This document shows positions 1-10,150 of a stretch of 32,000 bases of DNA, piece by piece. The DNA comes from Wallemia ichthyophaga EXF-994 (taxonomy: Eukaryota; Fungi; Basidiomycota): assembly GCF_000400465.1 (NCBI RefSeq), contig NW_008806284.1, positions 210,001 through 242,000 on the forward strand. Reading direction: 5' to 3'. Under the pieces are notes generated by a model that had not been told where the DNA came from, searched no databases, and saw only the letters and a list, made by a program, of their open reading frames with translations. The position numbers and the translations under genes were made by a program. Each line of letters opens with the position of its first letter. Position 1 is the first letter of the stretch.

Positions 1-638
1 CTGACCCTATCAAACCAGCGCTGAAGTGCGAGACGCACACGACGGTCATCTTCCTCTTCGCTCTGTGCGTTGGAGGAGTTGGCGGGGAGTGCGGGAATGA
101 TAGTGGAAGGGTGTGCCTGAGTGAGCTGCTCACTCAACCGCGTCACCTCATCGTATGTGCGCTGTACACCACGATAAACAGAGCTGTTGCGAGATGTTGC
201 TGTCCCACCGCCTGTATCATAGTCGGGGATATTCGTACTCGCGTCAAATTCAACAAGATAGTCACGTCGATTCTTGGTAATACCAGTAACGCGAATTTTG
301 AGGAAAGGGGGGGAATCAGCCGTGGTTGTATGGTTATTACTGCTTTTAATGCTGTTGCTACCAGCAGTGGTTATGACAGATGGCTGCGCAAGTGGGGCTG
401 TTGGCTGGCCATATATCTTAGCAGTGGAGGGTATACTGAGAGTGGATGAGTTCCTGCTGCGTGGTGGTTGCTGTGTATGCTGTTGCTGTTGACGCTCCCT
501 TTCCCTCTCTTCCAGCGCTGGCAAAGGCTTATCCGTGGAGAGAGATGTGTGCAGTGAGTGCGACGCCGGCGCATCTTCCCAGGCGTTTGAGCTGTCGTAG
601 AGTGTTGGAGCTGATTGGCTGAGTGGATCACTGTTCAT
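1..638 (-). CDS. VPS17: Retromer PX-BAR subunit Vps17, N-terminal part (runs off window start)
   Basis: ATG at 638 opens a stop-free frame to base 1 (absent from ORF track): MNSDPLSQ...PFLKIRVTGITKNRRDYLVEFDASTN...VQRTYDEV...HPSTIIPALP...EEEDDRRVRLALQRWFDRV, matching the fungal Vps17 PX domain as I recall it. Confidence 0.8.
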   Translation of the reverse strand, partial: MNSDPLSQSAPTLYDSSNAWEDAPASHSLHTSLSTDKPLPALEERERERQQQQHTQQPPRSRNSSTLSIPSTAKIYGQPTAPLAQPSVITTAGSNSIKSSNNHTTTADSPPFLKIRVTGITKNRRDYLVEFDASTNIPDYDTGGGTATSRNSSVYRGVQRTYDEVTRLSEQLTQAHPSTIIPALPANSSNAQSEEEDDRRVRLALQRWFDRV

Positions 639-706
639 CGTCCAGGAACAAGAAGTAAAAGAAATAAAATAAAAAATATAATTATTCAGGTTATCTGATA
701 ACCATC

Positions 707-1393
707 ATGTCGAGAAGCACACAAGTTACAATCACCGCCGCACCTTGGAAATCACTGCTAGAGAATACGCTAAATGAAAATAAAGAAAAGACTAAAAATA
801 TATTCAACGTTGCTGTTGGTACAGTCCAAGGGAATAGACCTAGAGTGAGGATGATGGTACACAGGGCATTCCAAGGAAATCTACTCCTTACGACAACTGA
901 TATACGTATGAACAAGATACATCAATTGGAAGATTCCTACGTTGATAACAAAGGCTCACCAATCGATTATGTCTTCTGGATTGAACCTGCTATCCGTCAA
1001 TTCAGATTCACCGGTAACGCTTTCCTTCTGCCTTCACCTTGTCATCGTAATCCAACTCCCTTATCAGATTACCTCATTAATTCTGGTATCGACTTTGAGC
1101 AGAAACGCATTGACATCTATAACTCCATGTCACGCTCTTTACGCGCTTCTTTCGCTAAACCTTTCTCGCCTGGAAGTCATAGATCTTGGGATGAAAATTC
1201 TCATCCGTCTCCCGATAAAGTTGAGTCAGATGACCAAGATGAGTGGTATCAAAAGGGCTTAGACAACTTTGCATTGCTCGTTGTAGACCCATTTCAAGTT
1301 GATTACTGCGATCTCCTCACTCAACCAAATCAACGTAAGGTATTCACACTCAACGAGCAAAACGCGTGGATTGAAGAGGATGTACACCCATAA
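707..1393 (+). CDS. Pyridoxamine 5'-phosphate oxidase-like FMN-binding protein (Pyridox_oxase_2 type)
   Basis: Single-exon 228 aa ORF with APWK, RPRVRMMVHR, TTDIRMNKIHQL, FWIEPAIRQFRFTG and NFALLVVDP motifs typical of this split-barrel family. Confidence 0.8.
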   Translation: MSRSTQVTITAAPWKSLLENTLNENKEKTKNIFNVAVGTVQGNRPRVRMMVHRAFQGNLLLTTTDIRMNKIHQLEDSYVDNKGSPIDYVFWIEPAIRQFRFTGNAFLLPSPCHRNPTPLSDYLINSGIDFEQKRIDIYNSMSRSLRASFAKPFSPGSHRSWDENSHPSPDKVESDDQDEWYQKGLDNFALLVVDPFQVDYCDLLTQPNQRKVFTLNEQNAWIEEDVHP

Positions 1394-1414
1394 TGTATAT
1401 AATCATATAAAATC

Positions 1415-2146
1415 TTAATCCAAACTTAAATTGATCGCTGGCATTTCATTCTGTCGCTTGTTAGACGTAGTAACGGGTGTATTACCACCAGATTCATCCT
1501 CCACCTCCATGAATTTTACTCTTTGTCTGTGTAGTAACGGCAGCTTAGGCGTGAGCGTTACCAACAAAGCCACAAAGTTGAATGCAAATAACCAGCTCTG
1601 AAATTTGGTATAGTGAGTTGAAATCAAGAACAATCCAATTGGCACACAGGTAAGCCACTTGCGAGCAGGCGTATACTGAGCACCGCCATCAATCTGTTCC
1701 CAGAATGTAAGCTCATCCCATGCGCCATTGTTGCTCTCAAAAGGAACTCCCTTGACGTGATGGAACATGAGGAACGTGACTGCCATATAACCGCAGTTAA
1801 CCAGTGTCCAGCTGATTTCCTGTGTCATTCCAGGTAAAGCGTCTATTAACAGCTTCCCAAGCGTCACGAGCACTACATGCATCAGCCACGCGCCTTTGAA
1901 ATTTACCCAGTCAGCGTTGTAGTTGTTCAGTGCTCCTTGATCTAGCGTCTCCTGTGCATCTGCTGGTACTTCCTGTAAACTAACAAGCGATGACGATCTC
2001 CCCCTCCTTCTCCTCTGCGGCGGTGGTTGTGATTGTGATTGTGCTTGCGTCTGGTGTGCGCTCCCACTGCCGCCACCACTCCCACTCCCACTCTCCTCTC
2101 CTGATATCACCAGACTCGGTATTGGCGGTGTTGTTCGCGCTGTCAT
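1415..2146 (-). CDS. ORM1: ORMDL-family serine palmitoyltransferase regulator
   Basis: NADWVNFKGAWLMHV, SWTLVN, FHHVKGVPFESNNG, LTFWEQIDGGAQYTPARKWL and LISTHYT are ORMDL signatures. First in-frame ATG is at 2146 (243 aa). Confidence 0.92.
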   Translation of the reverse strand: MTARTTPPIPSLVISGEESGSGSGGGSGSAHQTQAQSQSQPPPQRRRRGRSSSLVSLQEVPADAQETLDQGALNNYNADWVNFKGAWLMHVVLVTLGKLLIDALPGMTQEISWTLVNCGYMAVTFLMFHHVKGVPFESNNGAWDELTFWEQIDGGAQYTPARKWLTCVPIGLFLISTHYTKFQSWLFAFNFVALLVTLTPKLPLLHRQRVKFMEVEDESGGNTPVTTSNKRQNEMPAINLSLD

Positions 2147-2889
2147 TTCTCCTCGCTTTTGCTCTTCGCTGTTGTGAATCAACCGTTCTTTGGGTGTTTT
2201 CCCACTTACGTTTTCTTTTTTCTTGTTTATTCATTTGCCTTGTTATTATAACACTCCTCTGTTCTCTAATTATTCCCTCCACGCTGCTTTCATTTCCCGC
2301 TGCACTGCAAAATCCTCGGCTGGAATGCTTCTCAAGCTTATCATACGCAGTATATCCGTTACCAGTCACAGCTCGCTCTCACTCACTCTCTCGCCCTCTC
2401 TCACCATGTGGAGACGCTGGTGGAGGCGTGCCTGACTTCCTATCCCGCCCCAACGCAATCTAACGCAATCACAGACGTGTTGGAGGCATGTAGCACACTC
2501 CACACTACCTGAGCTGACCATGAGCCTGAGCGTATCAGTAGCTCTGTCGTTGCACAACATTCTCCACGCGTTGTGCCATCTTTGTCTTGCAGCCGCGAGT
2601 GCCTTTTAGCAACTACAAATACACATATACTCCCTTTTCCACCTCAACACCGCCCAATGGCCACTTTTTCCTTACAGTCGACATTGAGTCCAGTAGTCCA
2701 GTGGAAGCCGTCCAATTTCACGTGTCCTTACGCAACATGCGTTGTGAAGGATTCTTACGTGTGTTGTGTGTGTTATTAGGTCTTTATCTGTTCAAACAAC
2801 CGAATCACACCATTGAATCGCGTGCCTGCCCTATTATCTGCCCATTTGAGCTCGTTGGAATGATGCTGATGCGGCTGTCACAATAGCAA

Positions 2890-3477
2890 GCTCAATGACG
2901 TGTTCGTCACAACACTGTAATCACTGCAGACCACGCCAGATTTGGGAAATTTGGAGCACCTAGCTGTTCGAGGAGGTCGAGGGTGCTTCTATTGCGACTG
3001 GCTCTGCCCTATACTCGGTACCGTTCCAGCCAGACAGGTATATCTCAAGAGAGAAATTCGGAATATATAGATGCACACTCATCATATCCCGCTTTCTGAG
3101 ATTCCAACGCAGCCTTGACCGCTTTCATACACCCATTATACGAAATTTCAAACTGCACCTGATCGACCCAAAACTCCGATTTCAGAGTTTGGCTGACCCC
3201 CTCTTTTCTCTGCATAAATAGCTTTTAAAAGGTATAAAGTGAGGTGAAACAGCAATGATTTTCTCCTGGTTTCGATTTTAAATCTTCTGGAAGCAACTCA
3301 AGTCGACTTGTCTGGGTGCGCAACACGCCTTTCGAGGGGTAAATACTTGAGCTTTTTGGAAACAAGCTGAAGCATATCAGCGGAGCCCTTGAATTATTTT
3401 GTATCTTCCTAATTGAAGCATCGGTATGTGGCGGTATTTGCACGATAGCTTGCTCAATGACGTATACGTCACAGCAC
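2890..3477. promoter_or_regulatory. Two paired CRE/ATF-like modules upstream of ENA (2890-2915 and 3452-3477)
   Basis: GCTCAATGACGTgttCGTCACAaCAC and GCTCAATGACGTataCGTCACAgCAC. The second contains the perfect palindrome TGACGTATACGTCA (3458-3471). Confidence 0.5.
3053..3359 (+). repeat. Diverged third copy of the ENA-flanking repeat
   Basis: 3154-3216 (TGCACCTGATCGACCCAAAACTCCGATTTCAGAGTTTGGCTGACCCCCTCTTTTCTCTGCATA) aligns to the starts of both flanking repeats. 3341-3359 matches 3895-3913, and 3053-3140 resembles 8308-8385. Confidence 0.75.
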
Positions 3478-3710
3478 CAAAACGATTAGCAATATAAACG
3501 TTCTTGGTTTCGTCATGTAGCGAGCAACTGTGTAAATAGGAGACAGGTAAGCTTTTCATAAATAGCCCAGTGATTTTTTCTGTCCTAGTTCAATTGCATG
3601 TGTCATTGTGAAGGAGTAGTGTAGTAGCTAAAAATATCTTAGCGTAGTAAACTGACTTCTGCAATTTCAAATTGGCCTCAAATCCCCCTTATCATGATAA
3701 GTCGATTTTC

Positions 3711-4139
3711 CGAAATGCACCTGGTCAAGCCAAACCCCCCTGATTTCGGAGTTTTCGATGACACCCACTTTTCTCTGCATACCTCTGTTTTTCCAAGCGT
3801 GAAGTGAGCGAAATGGCAAAAACTTTTCTTTGGTGCCAACTTTGAGTCGTGTAGACGCTACGCAACATAAAACGTTTTTCGCGTTTATAGGGCCAAATAT
3901 TTGAGATGTTTGGGTGCTTGCGATCTCTATAAATCAAAATGACTTGCTTTAATCGATTGAGCGCGTTATTCTCTCATTGTCTTGTTTATTTCGTGCTCTA
4001 AAGCAATTTAGATTTATTCCTTCCGATCAGCTTGCAAGGCGCGATAAGGAGCGCCAAGGATACAAGTTTGGCAAAGTCATATTCATTTCAATCATAGCTT
4101 CCAATAAAGCTATTTAATTTGGAGATCATCAATAGTCGT
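3711..4139 (+). repeat. Direct repeat, left copy (upstream of ENA)
   Basis: 3749-4139 is identical by eye to 8433-8823. The ORF track shows the same spurious peptide in both copies. The first ~38 bp differ slightly. Confidence 0.97.
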
Positions 4140-4609
4140 TAGTCTTTCAGCCATATTGAGATGGCAGACGTCGAGGAAATCGGATATAGACGACAAAGAT
4201 AGCTCTGGGGTCCTCGGAATCCCATGAGAGTAATTGTCAAGCTATATTGCATGCAACGGGAGACGTTCATACCAAATTAATTGTTGCAAGGGTGTTAATC
4301 TGGCAAAAGTCTCTTCAATCAGTCAACTCTACCTTCAGATCCAATCCATTTGCCATCGCTTCGTTTTACTCCGGTCTTCATATTCCTGAAACATGCCAAG
4401 AATGCTCGGCACGCGCTACCCACTCACCACCAATAAGCCCAGCATTACAGCAAAGCTATAGGAAATGCTACGACTAAATACCTGAAGGCTGCTTTCTTCG
4501 AAATTTCACCACTTTAATTTCGCAAGCGTGCGAATAACCTGAATGATCTCCTCCAATACAAGTACCTCATCAACTGCCGAGAGCTATAAAATTTATAAGC
4601 AAAATTAAA

Positions 4610-7600
4610 ATGCGCTCACTCCGCGAGTCATTCTCATCAACAATGACAATGTTTTCAAACAAACAAACTGAAAAGTTCTCATCTACTGAAAAATCTGATC
4701 AAAGTGGGTATCGCGCGGGGTTGCTGCCGCATAGCTAAAGTTATCATACAGCTCCAGCTCATGTGAGAGACTCGTCCGACATTCTCCATGAACACAGCGT
4801 CGATCCTTTACTGGGCCTTTCTTTCGACAGGGTCGATCAACTGCAGAAAGAATTCGGTCCTAACAGACTGAGACCTCCGCCCAAGCCATCTTTACTAAAG
4901 ATATTCGGTACGCAGCTCGGTAACGCTGTAAGTCTTATTGTGATATCATCTCATAATCTCACATGTCGTCATTGCAGATGACACTGGTTCTGATAGCTGC
5001 AATGGCTGTCTCTTTCGGTACACAAGACTGGATCGAAGCAGGAGTTATTGCTGCTCTCGTTATTCTCAACGTCACTGTCGGATTTACCCAGGAGTGGAAG
5101 GCTGAAAAGACAGTTGCTGCCCTAGAAAGCGTGAGTGCTTTGGTCCGTACAAAATAGCCACACTCTGACTTACAAATTCAGGTCGGAAGTCCTGTCGCTG
5201 TTGTTGTACGCCACGATGCTTCAAACAAAGGTCGTGAAGGAAAAATTATCGATGTTCAAACCGACGAAGTAGTTCCAGGTGACATTATGATGGTTAAAAT
5301 CGGAGATATCATTCCTGCTGATGGGAGAGTTATTGACAATCACATCTCCAACCTGGAAGTAGACGAAGCCTTGTTGACAGGTGAATCACTACCAGTCTCT
5401 AAGCAAACTGAGACCCTCGATGACAAAACATGCCCGGTTGGTGATCGTATTAATATGGTTTTCTCCGGTAGTCAAGTGACAAAAGGCAGGGCTAGATGCG
5501 TAGTCACCTCGATAGGGATGAAAACTGAGCTCGGTGCTATATCCGAGGCTTTGGCAACGAAAGCTGATTCTAAGAAACGCGGCTGGAGAAGATTTTGGGA
5601 GAAGACCCAAGTTTTCTTAGGTGTTAAAGGTACAACGCCACTTCAAATCAAATTGAATAAGTTAGCTTATTTACTACTGGTATTAGCAATCATATTCGCC
5701 ATCGTCGTCGTTAGTTCGACTGGATACGTCGACATCCCAGATTCTACCGCAACTTACGCAGTCGCTACTGCTATTTCTCTTTTACCTGCTTCGCTCATTG
5801 CTGTAGTGTCGCTTACACTTGCAACATCTTCGAGAGAGCTAGCTAAGAGGAATGCATTGGTTCGTAAGATGGACGCTATTGAAACCTTGGCAGGGGTAAC
5901 GGATATCTGTTCAGACAAGACCGGTACAATCACTGTTGGAAGAATGGTTCTGAAGAAGGCCTGGGTACCTTCACGTTTTGAAGCACCGGATACCAAAGTT
6001 GGACAAACCTATGCCGTCGAATCGGGTAAAGATCCTTACTATCCAAGAGGCACAATACAAGCACAGGATGATAATGACGACGACAATGAAAGTGGTATAT
6101 CAGATAGCGATGCCGTTCATGTGAATGAATTGGATTCTTCATTCCAGGAACTCGTTCAATCGGCTGCACTCAACAATATGGCAACAATTTCAGCTAGTGA
6201 CGAAGGAGGGGACTGGGATGCTCAAGGAGATCCAACGGAAATCGCTTTACAAGTCTTCTCTCACAAGGCTGGCCACGGTAAACCTCACTTGACTCATCCA
6301 CCTAAACACAGAACAAAGAAGGAAGATCATCCTGCACCTAAAGCCGATGTAGACGGTCACTTTGAGATACTAATCGAACATCCCTTCGATTCATCTATAA
6401 AGAGAATGACTACCGCATGGAAGTTGGTTGGTGCTCAGGGCGGTGACGACGATGATTCCAAGCAACATATTTTCATTTACATGAAGGGTGCAGTCGAGAG
6501 GGTGTTAGAAAGATGTACACATGTTTCAATAGGTGATAAATCAATAGAGATGTCAGAGGAAGCCAAAGATGACATCATCAAGAAGATGGACCAATTAGCA
6601 GCTGAGGGTTTGCGTGTTTTGGCTCTGGCTGGAAGAACAGACCGTCTTTCAAATGCCCAGACTGTGAAGGAGACTAAAAGAGATGATGTAGAAAATTGTT
6701 TCGGACTGTTAGGCTTAGTTGGTATATTTGATCCGCCAAGACCTGAGTCTAAAGGGGCTGTCTACGATTCAAGACGCGCTTCGATAGTTGTGAGAATGCT
6801 TACAGGTGATCATGCAGCAACAGCTGCATCCATCGCAATGTCAGTGGGCATTCTAGATAAGAATCACTCAAAATCTGCTGTAATGACTGGCCAGCAATTT
6901 GATGCAATGACTGATGAAGAGGTAGATGCACTTGAAGAACTCCCCGTTGTGGTAGCGAGATGTGCTCCTGAAACTAAGACTGGATTCGTTGATGCCTTAC
7001 ATCGTCGCAAACGTTTAACTGTTATGACCGGTGATGGTGTGAACGATTCACCTGCATTGAAGAGAGCCGATGTTGGAGTCGCAATGGGACTTAATGGCTC
7101 AGATGTTGCAAAAGGTGCTGCCGATATCGTATTGGCAGATGATAACTTCTCAACTTGTGTTCGTGCAGTCAGAAAGGGTAGATCAGTTTTTACGAACTTA
7201 TCAAAGTTTCTGGTCTACTTGCTAGCTAGTAATGTGTCTGAAGTCTTGGTTTTACTCGTTGGATTAGCTGTTCGTTCTGATGGCGATGCTGTCTACCCTA
7301 TTTCACCAGTCGGTGCACTGTAAGTGGAGAGTATGCTATGTGGATTGTCTGACAAATATCAAAGCGTAATCAATACTCTTACTATTGGCCCAGTAGCTTT
7401 TGCTCTGGGTGTCGAGCCTACGGCAGATGACACTATGCTTCAACCACCTAGCAACTTCTTCACGATATTCACGCCTAGATGGTTTATGGATTTATTCGCC
7501 TTTGGAATTATGGCGGGTGCACTATGTTTTGCTAATTTCATTATTGTCATCTATGGAAGAAACGATGGCAATGAAGATGTTTCTGCAAGTTGCAACGAAG

Positions 7601-8107
7601 GTGCTGTCAATAGTGAATGTGAAGTGATATATAGGGCAAGAGCGGCAACATATGCCTCACTTTTGCTCATGCTGATGGTCCTAGCATTCGATTGCAAACA
7701 TAGTACTCGCAGGTAGGTAAATTGTAGTACTAAAGTCCTCATCCTAATAACCTATTGCAGCGTTTTCAAGATGAATCTACTAGACAACAAGCTTTTAATT
7801 TGGTCAGTTGCTCTGCTTTCGCTCAGTGTCTTTCCAGTTATCTACATTCCCGGTGAGGTGTATCTTCCTCTAACATCACATTCTCATATGATTATTAGTC
7901 ATTAAAGATCGCGTTTTTCAAGTTACTGGTATTGGCTGGGAATGGGGTATGATTGCGGCAACAGTTTTGGTTTACTTTGGTTACTTAGAAGTCTACAAAG
8001 CTATCAAGCGTTTGTATGAGAGAAGACTGATGAGAAATAGTGACCTGGAAAATTCAAATGGGAAGGAAATTCGAATGGCACCAACGATGGAGCCTAATAC
8101 TGTTTAA
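4610..8107 (+). CDS. ENA1: P-type IID Na+/K+ efflux ATPase (ENA family), 7 exons, ~1069 aa
   Basis: Exons 4610-4703, 4752-4927, 4978-5130, 5182-7319, 7365-7712, 7761-7852, 7899-8107 splice in frame. Motifs: LTGES, ICSDKTGT, GDPTEIAL, MKGAVE, MLTGDH, MTGDGVNDSPAL, WEWG. M4 LPASL lacks the Glu of SERCA/PMR1-type pumps. Confidence 0.9.
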
Positions 8108-8397
8108 ATAAATTACACTATACTTATCGCTGACATAGTTGATATCTTCATGTCCACAGGCAGAGAGAGTAGGAGGCAATAAGTATCAATGTAAAGAAGC
8201 TTATTTTACCCTCTTGATCTGATTATGCGCGCTCATATCCTGATTGGCGTTGCGCAACGCTCTGTAATCGTTGAACCAATATTGGCATGTTGCGGGGATA
8301 GTGATTTGGAATTTCGAAATTATACATTCTTATTATAGGGACTTCTAAAATCCCAGCGCATCCTTAACCCCCTTCATACTTTCATTGCTTGACATAG

Positions 8398-8823
8398 CGA
8401 ATTGCATCTGGTCGAGCCAAACCCCGATTTCAGAGTTTTCGATGACACCCACTTTTCTCTGCATACCTCTGTTTTTCCAAGCGTGAAGTGAGCGAAATGG
8501 CAAAAACTTTTCTTTGGTGCCAACTTTGAGTCGTGTAGACGCTACGCAACATAAAACGTTTTTCGCGTTTATAGGGCCAAATATTTGAGATGTTTGGGTG
8601 CTTGCGATCTCTATAAATCAAAATGACTTGCTTTAATCGATTGAGCGCGTTATTCTCTCATTGTCTTGTTTATTTCGTGCTCTAAAGCAATTTAGATTTA
8701 TTCCTTCCGATCAGCTTGCAAGGCGCGATAAGGAGCGCCAAGGATACAAGTTTGGCAAAGTCATATTCATTTCAATCATAGCTTCCAATAAAGCTATTTA
8801 ATTTGGAGATCATCAATAGTCGT
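8398..8823 (+). repeat. Direct repeat, right copy (downstream of ENA)
   Basis: 8433-8823 is identical to 3749-4139. Identity ends abruptly after AATAGTCGT. Confidence 0.97.
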
Positions 8824-9352
8824 ATATCATCTGAGGTGGTAGAGGAGAATTCCAAGTTGGTGGGTATTGAGCGGAGGGTTGAAATGAGGATGCATTTGGA
8901 ATGCTGAAGCTGCAAAGGAAATAATGGTCTTGCTAAATTGTTGAAATTGTGAGTATATGATATGATATTTCCGCGTTTGTCTTCTCACTAACTTGGTAAT
9001 TTCCGGTTACCTTCAGCAGATCTAAATCAACAAAAATGGTTCATGATTTTGCAAGCTTCTGATATTTCTAACAAAAAGTGCTCAAAGCTCAATGTCATCC
9101 CACAATCACATCTTGAAGTCATCAGATATGTAGACACGATTTCCAGTTTGAGTGTTTGTGGGGTTTAACTTGAGGAATAGCTTAGTTCTATGTCCAAGCA
9201 CTTCTTAATTTTGAAACTGAGCGGAGGTAACGAAGGAAGAAGGCAGATTCAAGGCACAAAAAGGGATGAAAAGCACGAAGCAGCAGCCGGCTGGTAAACA
9301 ATCAAAATGATATTATTGTACATGGCCATCTGTATAAAAGTTAATTATTGTT

Positions 9353-10081
9353 TTAAATGAAACAACTGAAGTGCAAAACAAGGGAGATGGAAATAGTAGC
9401 GACAAAGGCGACGACGTGGGAGTGATTGTAGCCATTTGCATTTGATGTCTCAGAATCTAAATTGACTTCATCCTGTTTAGATCCACCACCGTTCTTGATT
9501 TTCTCTTCAGCCGCATCAGATGCAGGGTAGTTGTGATGCAAAGGCAGAGTATCTTGATCGATAGGACCTTCTCTAAGTGATCCGATACCCCATGGAGTAT
9601 CCTTTCCAGATTTAGGCTGGGTTTCGTGGGAAGGTGGTTCAGAATCGCCATTTTCACCTGTAATGGTAAATCTAGTCGACCATGCTTTGTCGGTTGCATT
9701 TTCAGAGTTGTAGAATTGCAAAAAGTAGATTTGGGAGTGTGGGGTGACTGTGTCTGGGAGTGTCCAATTTATTTTGCCCTGGTCCTTGTTTGGTACGCTA
9801 ATATTTTCTGCAACTTTGCCAACGAAGACCTGAGCGGTAGGTTAGAGTAATGTTGACAAGGTGATACCAGAACTCACCGTGTACAAATCAGGACCAGTCA
9901 TCAAATCAATAGAGAATTTATTCCATATTTCCGCTTTGTTTTCAGTATCGACATCAAATTTAATGGTCTGGTTGGATCCGACGGCCCATTTCGAGTCTGG
10001 AGAAGGTTCGGTGGGTAAGACTTTCGCTAAGACATTCGTTGAAAGAAGAGCAAGTAAAAGGTTTAGACAAAAGTATAACAT
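9353..10081 (-). CDS. Secreted/GPI-anchored Kre9/Knh1-like cell-wall protein, 2 exons, 226 aa
   Basis: Exons 10081-9878 and 9829-9353 (intron GTGAGT...CTAAC...CAG). Signal peptide MLYFCLNLLLALLSTNVLA; PTEPSP, IDLMTG, IYFLQF, WSTRFTI motifs; hydrophobic C-terminal tail. Confidence 0.8.
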
Positions 10082-10150
10082 GGTTGGTGTATAAGAGATA
10101 GCATTTCGAATATTGAGCAAGGTTTAGACTAAATCGGTAGATTGGAATGT

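Noticed and set aside
1980-2463. Overlapping hydrophobic or low-complexity ORFs (1990-2463 +, 2190-2435 +)
   Set aside because: They are antisense shadows of the ORM1 Ser/Gly-rich N-terminus and purine-rich leader, with no family features.
3725-3937. Duplicated minus-strand ORF MIYRDRKHP... (also 8430-8621)
   Set aside because: It is short, has no recognisable motif, and the two copies end differently; it is a by-product of the DNA repeat.
7320-7364. Apparent premature stop splitting ENA into two ORFs
   Set aside because: The TAA lies within the GTAAGT donor of a 45-bp intron; the spliced frame is continuous.
3711-8823. LTR retrotransposon or composite transposon interpretation of the direct repeats
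   Set aside because: There is no gag/pol or transposase between or beside the repeats, the repeat does not end in CA, and I see no target-site duplication or terminal inverted repeats.
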